The position numbers were made by a program, and so were the translations under genes. The notes under the pieces are model-generated. The model had not been told where the DNA came from. It did not search any database and saw only the letters and a list, made by a program, of their open reading frames with translations. From contig JAZAMN010000026.1 of assembly GCA_036229005.1 (NCBI GenBank), forward strand, positions 1 through 32,867: DNA of 32,867 nt, in the 5' to 3' direction. Positions 9,139 through 16,759 of the stretch are shown here, one piece after another. This stretch comes from Myxococcota bacterium. Its GTDB lineage: Bacteria; Myxococcota_A; UBA796; CAJQPC01. Every line of letters begins with the position of its first letter. Positions within the stretch are counted from its first letter, which is position 1.

Positions 9139-9783
9139 TCAGTCCTGCAGCCAGGTCCCCACGGTCGCCGAGAGGGCGAAGGTCTGGCCGTCGCGGAGCG
9201 CGTGCTGCGCGTTGTGCCAGGTCACGAAGGTGGTGCCCGAGCGCATCTTGCGGGGGAGCCGGAGCTGCCCGTCGTCCGAGCTGCGGCACATGTGGCTGCG
9301 CTCGCCGCTGCCCAAGGTCACAACCCTGACCTCGTCGGCGCCAGAGGGCTCCCAGGTGAGCTCTCGACCTGCGCGCTGGGGCGCGCCCAGGGAGGGTAGG
9401 GGCGGGAGCTCGTACACCTGATCCCCCACCTCCACATGACAGATCGTGCCGGTGGGGGGGATGGCGCTCAGCTCGTAGTTGACCAGGCCGGAGCTGCGGC
9501 TGGTCTCCCGCAGGTCCACGCCCGCGCACACAGCCTTGAGGGGGACCTTGCGGAACACGAGGTCGTTGCCGAAGCTCTCCGGGAGGATGCTGCGGCAGCC
9601 GTCCATGGGGATGCCCTGGCGCTCCTCGGGCAGCAGGGAGGCCGCGGGCAGGAAGGCCTGGATGCGCAGGGTGGCGGCCCCGCGCCAGTGGTCGACGGAC
9701 AGGGAGGCCTGGCCGCTGAGGGTCACCGCCTCCTGGGCCAGGCTGGGGGAGACACAGCCGGTGGCCAGCAGGAGCAGGATCAA
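9139..9783 (-). CDS. Hypothetical lipoprotein
   Basis: MILLLLATGC; TTG start overlaps the stop of the upstream phosphatase. Confidence 0.65.
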   Translation of the reverse strand: MILLLLATGCVSPSLAQEAVTLSGQASLSVDHWRGAATLRIQAFLPAASLLPEERQGIPMDGCRSILPESFGNDLVFRKVPLKAVCAGVDLRETSRSSGLVNYELSAIPPTGTICHVEVGDQVYELPPLPSLGAPQRAGRELTWEPSGADEVRVVTLGSGERSHMCRSSDDGQLRLPRKMRSGTTFVTWHNAQHALRDGQTFALSATVGTWLQD

Positions 9784-10235
9784 GGCTGCTCTCTGGGGAT
9801 CTGGTCGACGAAGCCGGCGACGCAGCGGGTCAGGATCTCGCGGGTCTGCCGGAAGCGCCGCCGCCAGCCACCCAGGGGGTCCTCGACCTCCATCAGGCCG
9901 CCGAAGCTGCCCAGCAGGAGGATGCGGTCGTCCAGGTCGGGGAAGCGGTCGCGCAGCTTGGACGAGTGCCGCAGCTCCATGCCCAGGATGTAGTCGGCCC
10001 AGTGGGCGAGCTCGTCGGTGACGGGCTGGGCGCGGTGCTGGGAGAGGTCCAGCCCGACCTCCTTCATGACCGCCTGGGCGTGGCGGTGGGCGGGGTTGCC
10101 GGACAGGCCCATCACGCTGGCGGAGCGGACCTGCAGGTCGCGCTTGCGACGGAGGGCGTAGTCCTGCATCAGCACCTCGGCCATCGGAGAGCGACAGATG
10201 TTGCCGGTGCAGACCACCAGGATGTTCTTAGCCAT
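9780..10235 (-). CDS. Low-molecular-weight protein tyrosine (or arginine) phosphatase
   Basis: P-loop VCTGNICRSPMAE and general-acid EVEDP. Confidence 0.95.
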   Translation of the reverse strand: MAKNILVVCTGNICRSPMAEVLMQDYALRRKRDLQVRSASVMGLSGNPAHRHAQAVMKEVGLDLSQHRAQPVTDELAHWADYILGMELRHSSKLRDRFPDLDDRILLLGSFGGLMEVEDPLGGWRRRFRQTREILTRCVAGFVDQIPREQP

Positions 10236-10241
10236 GGGCCC

Positions 10242-10250
10242 AGGCTAACA
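10242..10250 (-). promoter_or_regulatory. Extended -10 (TGtTAGCCT) 6 nt before the LMW-PTP ATG; putative leaderless promoter
   Basis: Minus strand TGTTAGCCTgggcccATG; no SD. Confidence 0.5.
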
Positions 10251-10313
10251 GGGGCGCTGTGTCTCTGGGGGCCGCTGAGTGGGCCGATGGGGTGGGCCGC
10301 TGAGGGGCGGGCC

Positions 10314-11180
10314 TCAGAGCCAGGTGCTGGTCCGGCAGGTGAGCGCGGCGTCCTCGCCATCCAGGGCGTAGCTGGCGCAGTTGTCGCAGCGGTCGTTGCC
10401 CTCGAACTCGAGGCTGGCCTTCTGGTCGCCGTCCGTGAAGCTGAGGGTGCCCGAGGGCTCGGAGGCGCAGCCGTCGTCCTCCAGCAGCTCCGGGGTAGCG
10501 AACACCAGGCCGCCGTAGGCGTTCTCGAACACGCCCTCGGTCTTGAAGCTGCGCAGGTCCCCGCCAGCGTCCAGCCAGGTCTCCCAGATCCCGGAGAAGG
10601 CCAGCACGCTCCAGGCCTCCTCCAGCTTGGGGCGGCTGCCGCGCTCCCAGTAGCCCTCGGTCTCCAGGATGAAGTTGCTCTCGGTGTGGGACTGCAGGTC
10701 CTCGCCGTTGCTGCCGGCGAACCAGAACTCCCCCTGGAAGGCGATGCGGTCGAAGCTGCGGCTGTCGACCTCGGAGCTGACCACCATGTCGAAGGTCCAG
10801 CGCTCCCACTCCTGGCCCTCCTCCTCCCAGACCACCTGCTGGACCTCGCCCTCCCAGTCGTAGCCGTCCTGGGAGCGGCAGCCCCCGGTCCAGGTGCGGG
10901 TGCTGCCGTCCACCACGTCGTAGGGGCAGTTGCCGGGATCCGCGACGTTCACGCCCATCACGTGGTCCCACATGTCCAGGACGATGTGGGTGCTCGGGGA
11001 GTTGCCCCAGTGCAGCTCGGGGACGATGTGCTGCGCTGCCAGGTAGGCCTCGCTGCCGTCGTCCAGGGGGTAGGCCGAGCTGCGGGCCAGGGGGGTGCCG
11101 CTCGCGCGGGGTTCGATGCGCCAGGAGTCCACCGAGGTGTCCTCGCCGGTGCAAGCCAGCGTCCAGATAAGCGCGTACAT
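10314..11180 (-). CDS. Hypothetical acidic lipoprotein
   Basis: MYALIWTLAC; 288 aa, Asp/Glu/Trp-rich with paired Cys; strongly GC-biased third positions. Confidence 0.75.
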   Translation of the reverse strand: MYALIWTLACTGEDTSVDSWRIEPRASGTPLARSSAYPLDDGSEAYLAAQHIVPELHWGNSPSTHIVLDMWDHVMGVNVADPGNCPYDVVDGSTRTWTGGCRSQDGYDWEGEVQQVVWEEEGQEWERWTFDMVVSSEVDSRSFDRIAFQGEFWFAGSNGEDLQSHTESNFILETEGYWERGSRPKLEEAWSVLAFSGIWETWLDAGGDLRSFKTEGVFENAYGGLVFATPELLEDDGCASEPSGTLSFTDGDQKASLEFEGNDRCDNCASYALDGEDAALTCRTSTWL

Positions 11181-11203
11181 GAGACAGACGATAGAAGGTG
11201 GGG

Positions 11204-12979
11204 GTGCCTGTACGAAGCCCCAGAGCCCACTCTTCGCGCTTTCTTGTCGCGCTGCTGACCGCGATCATCGCTCTGCCGGCCCTCGCCGCTCGGGCCCCGG
11301 ATCCGGAGAAAGCGAGGCGCTTCGTGCAGGAGCTGCTGCTCGCGATCTCCCAGGGCGCCGACGCCCAGGCGCTGGAGCCCTTCTTCGCTCCCGGGGACGG
11401 CCAGGATCTCCACCCCGGGCAGCGGCGGGCGTGGCTGGCGCAGCTTGACGTCGAGCTGAGCCAGGGGAGCCTGGGGCGCAGCCTGTCGGCCCAGCCGGAG
11501 ATCCACGGCGTGGTCCAGGGGCCCGACTACGTGCGGGTGGTGCTGGAGACCGAGCCCGCCCTGAGCACCCGCGTCATCCGCGAGCAGGGGGAGCTGCTGA
11601 GCCGGGGCTTCGAGCCCGCCGTCTGTGACCTCTGCCCGGAGCCGGAGCGCTTCGTCCGGGAGCTGCTGGACCGCATCCAGCTCTACGAGCAGCCCCGGCG
11701 CCTGGTGGCGGGGGCCGACCTTCACGTGGACGCCAAGGCCGAGTACCCGCCCGACCCCGGGGCCTTCCTGCTGGCCTGGCACAACCGCAACATCGACGCC
11801 GGCTACCTGCGCTGGCTGCTGATGGACGCTCAGGTGGTCGGCTCCACGGGGACCGACGTCAAGGTCTCCATGCGCGACCGCACCGAGAGCTGGCCGGTGG
11901 TCTACCGAGGCGGCCGCTGGATGCTGGACTACGCGGGCCTGCCCGCTGACAGCCCCCTGCGCCTGGACCCGGAGTCGGTGGGCCCCTGGCACTCCGGCCG
12001 TATTCTGGAGGACAACGCGACCCAGTGGTGGCTGCCCTCCATGCGCCAGACCCCCGCGGGCCTGGTCGTGGCCGAGGACGTGCTCTACCTGGCGCCCCGG
12101 CCCGTCCAGGGCGACGTGCTCGCCTACATCCAGCCCCTGGACCGCACCTTCTCCCTGCTGGCCCTGATGGACGAGGATGGCGAGGTCCACGCCCGCTTCT
12201 CCGTGCCCACTCTGTCCCGGCAGCAGAACTTCTCGCAGCGGCGCTGGCGGGAGCTCTTCCGCTTCTCACTCTCCGCCGACGGGCGCCTGCTCGCGGTGGG
12301 CGCCTGGGACCGCATGTGGGTCATCCGGGTCGACGACGGCGAGGTCCTGGCCGAGCGCTACGGCCTCTCCGGGCTGGACGTGCTCGCGTGGTCCCCGGAC
12401 GGCCAGACCCTGATCGCCGCGGACCACCTGGTGCTCCTGGAGCTGGACCCTCAGACCCTCCGCGACCGCAGCCGCCGCCCTCTGAGCAAGCCACTGGTGG
12501 GAGCGGCTTTTGGGCTCGAAGAGCTCTGGGTGGTCAACCGCTCGGGCTTGGTGGAGCGCCTGGACACCCCGGGACTCGACCCCATCGGCGAGGACACCGA
12601 GGCCTGCTGCGGCGCCGCCCGCTCCTGCACCCTGGACCCCGCCAGCGACGAGCTCCTGGTCTCCTGCACCCTGTCCTGCCAGCCCGCCTGGCTGTGGAGC
12701 TGGGATGGGCAGGCGCCCCCCGCGCAGCTCGCGGACGATGGCTTCGCGGGGGAGATCGGCGCCCTCGCCCTGGACCCCAGCGGCCGGCTGCTGGTGGGCC
12801 CCTCCGCCGACTCCGCGGGGGCCCTCTACGACCGCCGCCGGGAGGAGAGCGTGGGGGCCTTCGGCGGCCCGGTCCCGCTGCGCCACGCGGTCTGGTCGGC
12901 GGACGGGCAGATGCTCTACGGCGTCGACAACCTGGGCGTCGGCTGGCGCTGGACCCGCGAGCAGCTCCTCAAGCCCTGA
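11204..12979 (+). CDS. Secreted protein with C-terminal WD40/beta-propeller repeats (start 11198 or 11204)
   Basis: Signal-like FLVALLTAIIALPALA; repeats FSLSADGRLLAVG, LAWSPDGQTL, LALDPSGRLL, AVWSADGQML. Confidence 0.8.
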   Translation: MPVRSPRAHSSRFLVALLTAIIALPALAARAPDPEKARRFVQELLLAISQGADAQALEPFFAPGDGQDLHPGQRRAWLAQLDVELSQGSLGRSLSAQPEIHGVVQGPDYVRVVLETEPALSTRVIREQGELLSRGFEPAVCDLCPEPERFVRELLDRIQLYEQPRRLVAGADLHVDAKAEYPPDPGAFLLAWHNRNIDAGYLRWLLMDAQVVGSTGTDVKVSMRDRTESWPVVYRGGRWMLDYAGLPADSPLRLDPESVGPWHSGRILEDNATQWWLPSMRQTPAGLVVAEDVLYLAPRPVQGDVLAYIQPLDRTFSLLALMDEDGEVHARFSVPTLSRQQNFSQRRWRELFRFSLSADGRLLAVGAWDRMWVIRVDDGEVLAERYGLSGLDVLAWSPDGQTLIAADHLVLLELDPQTLRDRSRRPLSKPLVGAAFGLEELWVVNRSGLVERLDTPGLDPIGEDTEACCGAARSCTLDPASDELLVSCTLSCQPAWLWSWDGQAPPAQLADDGFAGEIGALALDPSGRLLVGPSADSAGALYDRRREESVGAFGGPVPLRHAVWSADGQMLYGVDNLGVGWRWTREQLLKP

Positions 12980-12985
12980 GCGCCT

Positions 12986-15241
12986 TCAGCGACGGGCCCG
13001 ACGCAGCAGCGCCTGCACCCGGAGCAGCAGCTCCTCGGGGTCGAAGGGCTTGGGCAGGTAGTCGTCGGCGCCGGCCATCAGGCCCTGCTTGACGTGTCGG
13101 GTCTCCCCGCGGGCGGAGAGCATCAGCACCGGGATGTCCGCGGTCTCGGGATCCGCCTTGAGCGCCGTGCAGACCTCGTAGCCGGTCTTGCGCGGCATCA
13201 TCACGTCGAGCACCAGCAGGTCCGGGCGGTGGGCCTGCACCTGTTCCAGCGCCTCCTGACCGTCCTCCGCCTGGAGGATCTCGCAGTCGTCCTCCAGGGT
13301 CAGGGCGACCAGGTCGCGGATCTCGGGGGCGTCGTCCACCACCAGCACCAGCGGGCGTCCCGTCTCGGGTGCGGTCGCGGGCCGGGCTTCCCTTGGCGGC
13401 TTGGGGCGAGGGGAGGGGAGGGGCGCGCTGACCTGTGTGTCCACCGCCTGCACGATGGGGCCCTCGCGCTCAGCCTGCACCCTCTCGGCATCGACGAGGG
13501 ACTGCCGCAGCGCCACGGGGTAGTCGCCGACCGGGACCACGCGGGCGACCTCCTCCAGGGTGGTCACGCCGGCGCGCAGCTTGTCCAGGGCGTCCTCGAA
13601 CAGAGTGCGCATGCCGGCGGCCCGCGCCAGCTCCCAGAGCTCTGCCTCGGTCACGCCGCCCTTCTGGACGGCTGCCGAGATGTCCGGGCCCAGCTCCAGC
13701 AGCTCGTAGAGGCCCACGCGGCCGCTGTAGCCCACGTACTGGCAGTGGGGGCACCCCGGGCCGGCGCGGCGCGCGGCGGGGCCCAGCTCCAGGGGCTCGA
13801 TGTCCAGGCGCAGCCACTCCTCGGGGGTGTGGTCCGCGGGGAGGGAGCACCAGGTGCAGACGCGGCGCACCAGGCGCTGGCTGACGACGCCCGCCATGGC
13901 CGCTCCCAGCAGGTAGCCGGGGACCTCCAGGTCCAGCATGCGGGTGACCGCCGCGACCGCGTTGGAGGTGTGCAGGGTGGACAGCACCAGGTGGCCGGTG
14001 CCCGAGGCGTCCACGGCGGCCGCTGCGGTCTCGGCGTCGCGCACCTCGCCGATGACGATGACGTTGGGGTCCTGCCGCAGCAGCGCCCGCACCGAGTTGG
14101 CGAAGTGCACGCCCGCCTTGTCGTTGATCTGCACCTGCGTGATGCCGGGCAGGGTGTACTCGATGGGGTCCTCGAGGGTCGCGACGCTCAGGGACTCCCG
14201 GTTCAGGCGGTGGATCGAGGCGTAGAGGGTGGTGCTCTTGCCGCTCCCTGTGGGCCCCACGACCAGCACGAGGCCCCGCGGGCGCGAGAGCAGGCGGTAC
14301 CAGAGCTTGAGCTGCGCGTCGGACCAGCCGAGCTGGCTCAGCGACAGGGTGACCATCTCGGGGTCGAGCACGCGGATGACGATGTTCTCGCCGAACTGGG
14401 CGGGCAGGATGGAGACCCGCAGCTCGATGGTGCGGCCCCCCAGGCGCGCGCGGGCCTTGCCGTCCTGGGCCCTGCGGCGCTCGGCCACGTTCAGGTCGGA
14501 GATCACCTTGACGCGGCCGGCGATCAACGGGCCCGACCACTGCGGCAGGCGCACCATCTCGCGCAGCAGGCCGTCGATGCGGTAGCGCACGCGCAGGTCG
14601 TCGGCCCCGGGCTCCAGGTGGATGTCGGAGGCGCCGCGCTCGATGGCGTTGATCAGCAGCAGGTCCACCAGGTCCACCGCCGCGCGCCCGTCGCCCTGGT
14701 GGATCTGGCGCTGGATCTTGTCGGCGTCGAGCTGCAGCCAGTTGGGGGCCACGGTGAGCTCGCGCAGGTGGGGCTGGACCCCGTCGAGCAGGCGGGCCGC
14801 CACGGCCTCGACCGAGAAGTGGCGCTGGATGGCCTGGCTGATGCGCGTCGGCTCGGCGATCAGGGGGACCACCGGGCCGTTGAACGCGAACTCCAGGTCC
14901 CGGATGGCGCCGGGGTCCTGGGGGTTGGCCATGGCCACGCGCGGGCGCCCCCGCTCATCGCGGGTCAGCGGGATCAGCTTGCTGCGGACGGCCAGGCTGC
15001 GGTTCAGGCGCCACACCAGCTTGGGGTCGACCTCGGCCTCCAGGGGGTCCACCCGCTCGATGCCGAGCTGCTCGGCCAGGGCCTCGGTGACCTCCTCCTC
15101 GCTGACGGCGCCCAGGCGCACCAGGGCCATGCCCAGCTTGACCTCGCTGTCGACCTCCTGTATCACCAGGGCCGCGTCCAGCAGCTCGCGGGTGAGGTTG
15201 GTGCGCTGCAGGAGCAGTTCGCCCAGGCGTGCGGTGCTCAT
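12986..15241 (-). CDS. GspE/PilB-family secretion ATPase with N-terminal MshEN motif and C-terminal receiver domain
   Basis: RLGELLL...Q/KLG...Q tandem; ASDIHLEP; Walker A GPTGSGKS; LRQDPNVIVIGEVRD; His box GHLVLSTLH; CxxC/CxxC; REC VLVVDD...DLLVLDVMMP...LSA...KPF. Confidence 0.93.
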   Translation of the reverse strand: MSTARLGELLLQRTNLTRELLDAALVIQEVDSEVKLGMALVRLGAVSEEEVTEALAEQLGIERVDPLEAEVDPKLVWRLNRSLAVRSKLIPLTRDERGRPRVAMANPQDPGAIRDLEFAFNGPVVPLIAEPTRISQAIQRHFSVEAVAARLLDGVQPHLRELTVAPNWLQLDADKIQRQIHQGDGRAAVDLVDLLLINAIERGASDIHLEPGADDLRVRYRIDGLLREMVRLPQWSGPLIAGRVKVISDLNVAERRRAQDGKARARLGGRTIELRVSILPAQFGENIVIRVLDPEMVTLSLSQLGWSDAQLKLWYRLLSRPRGLVLVVGPTGSGKSTTLYASIHRLNRESLSVATLEDPIEYTLPGITQVQINDKAGVHFANSVRALLRQDPNVIVIGEVRDAETAAAAVDASGTGHLVLSTLHTSNAVAAVTRMLDLEVPGYLLGAAMAGVVSQRLVRRVCTWCSLPADHTPEEWLRLDIEPLELGPAARRAGPGCPHCQYVGYSGRVGLYELLELGPDISAAVQKGGVTEAELWELARAAGMRTLFEDALDKLRAGVTTLEEVARVVPVGDYPVALRQSLVDAERVQAEREGPIVQAVDTQVSAPLPSPRPKPPREARPATAPETGRPLVLVVDDAPEIRDLVALTLEDDCEILQAEDGQEALEQVQAHRPDLLVLDVMMPRKTGYEVCTALKADPETADIPVLMLSARGETRHVKQGLMAGADDYLPKPFDPEELLLRVQALLRRARR

Positions 15242-16641
15242 TCGGTCTCCACGGCCGCCAGGGGCAGCCTCAGGGTGAAGGTGCTGCCCTTTCCGACGGC
15301 GGAGCGGACCCCCATGCGGCCGCCCATCGCCTGAGCGAGCTGGCGGCAGATGTAGAGCCCCAGGCCGGCCCCGCCGCTGCGGCGACGGTCCCCGTGCTCG
15401 ACCTGGTAGAACTTCTCGAAGAGGCGGTCCAGGGCGGGCGCCGGGATGCCGCGTCCGGTGTCGCGGACCGACAGGAGCAGCTCGCCGTCGTCCACCTCGG
15501 CGTGGACCTCGACGCTGCCGCCCGCTGGCGTGAACTTGATGGCGTTGCGCACCAGGTTGCCCAGGATCTGCTGCAGGCGGAAGGGGTCGGCGTGGACGCG
15601 CTGGCCCGCCGGGAGCCGGTCCGAACCGCTCAGGCTGAGGCCCTTCTCGGCGGCGGTGCCCTGGAAGTTGGCCACCACCTCGTCGATGGCCGCGCGCACC
15701 CCCAGCGCCTGTGGCGTCAGGGTCAGGTGGCCGCCCTCCAGGCGCGTGGCGTCCAGCAGGTCCTGCACCATGCGGTAGAGCACCTCGGCCTGGTCCTTGC
15801 TGCGGGTGAGCAGCTTGACCTGCTTGTCGTTCAGGGGCCCGCCCTTGCCCATGAGCAGCAGCCGGATGTAGCCCTGGACCGAGGTCAGGGGCGTCTTGAG
15901 CTCGTGGGTCACCACGCTCAAGAACTCGCGCTGCAGGGCCTCGACCCGCATCCGGTCCGTGATGTCCGAGAGCACCAGCACGTGGCCCTGACTGCGCAGC
16001 GGCTTGAGGGCGACCAGGTAGTGGCGCTGCGCCCCCGTGGCGTCCTGGGTGTCCACGCTGCGGCGGGTCGTCACCGGACCGAAGTCCGCTGGATCCGCCA
16101 GGCCATCCACCCGGTGTCCTCGCTGGAGCTGCGCGTCGCAGAGGAGTCGGTAGGCCTCCGCGGCCCCGGGGTTGTAGTCGACCACCTGCTGACGCTCATC
16201 CAGCAGGATGACCCCATTGTCCAGCGCGTTGAGCATGGTCTTGACGACCTGGGCCTGGTCCTCGGCCTTGTCCAGGGACTCGACCAGGTGGGTGCGCATG
16301 CTCTCCAGGGCCTCGCCCAGCGCTTGAAGCTCAACGCCCCCGCGCGCCTGAGGAAAGGGCTGCGTCAGGTCCCCGTTCGCGATGTCCTGGGCCCGCCCCG
16401 CGAGCTCGAACAAGGGCTGGGAGAGCAGGCTGCGCACGCGGTAGGCCGCGAACAGGGTCGCCCCCGTCACCCCAAGCACCCAGACCAGCAGCAGCGAGGA
16501 CTCCAGGTACAGGTCCTGGGGTTGCGCCGCCGGGGCGGTCAAGAAGGCGATCACGGCGGCCAGCAGCACGATGCCGTTGAGGGCCGAGAGCAGCAGCACG
16601 ACGCTGATCTGGTAGCGCAGGGTCATGGGGGAGCGTGCCAT
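15238..16641 (-). CDS. Membrane sensor histidine kinase (2 TM, HAMP, PAS-like, HisKA, HATPase)
   Basis: H-box VTHELKTPLTS, N-box NLVRNAIKFT, G1 DTGRGI, F-box LFEKF, G2 GAGLGL. Start moved from the ORF-track 17406 to 16641 (alternatives 16650, 16626) because the upstream part overlaps a plus-strand gene. Confidence 0.92.
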   Translation of the reverse strand: MARSPMTLRYQISVVLLLSALNGIVLLAAVIAFLTAPAAQPQDLYLESSLLLVWVLGVTGATLFAAYRVRSLLSQPLFELAGRAQDIANGDLTQPFPQARGGVELQALGEALESMRTHLVESLDKAEDQAQVVKTMLNALDNGVILLDERQQVVDYNPGAAEAYRLLCDAQLQRGHRVDGLADPADFGPVTTRRSVDTQDATGAQRHYLVALKPLRSQGHVLVLSDITDRMRVEALQREFLSVVTHELKTPLTSVQGYIRLLLMGKGGPLNDKQVKLLTRSKDQAEVLYRMVQDLLDATRLEGGHLTLTPQALGVRAAIDEVVANFQGTAAEKGLSLSGSDRLPAGQRVHADPFRLQQILGNLVRNAIKFTPAGGSVEVHAEVDDGELLLSVRDTGRGIPAPALDRLFEKFYQVEHGDRRRSGGAGLGLYICRQLAQAMGGRMGVRSAVGKGSTFTLRLPLAAVETE

Positions 16642-16759
16642 CGCCGGCATGGTACGCCATCCCGCTGTCGCCAGGACCGTGACAAGGCCCTGACCCCACG
16701 GAGGCCCCCGCCTCGCTACCTTGCGCCCCGAGAACCCCGGACCCCGCTTGAGGCCCTCG

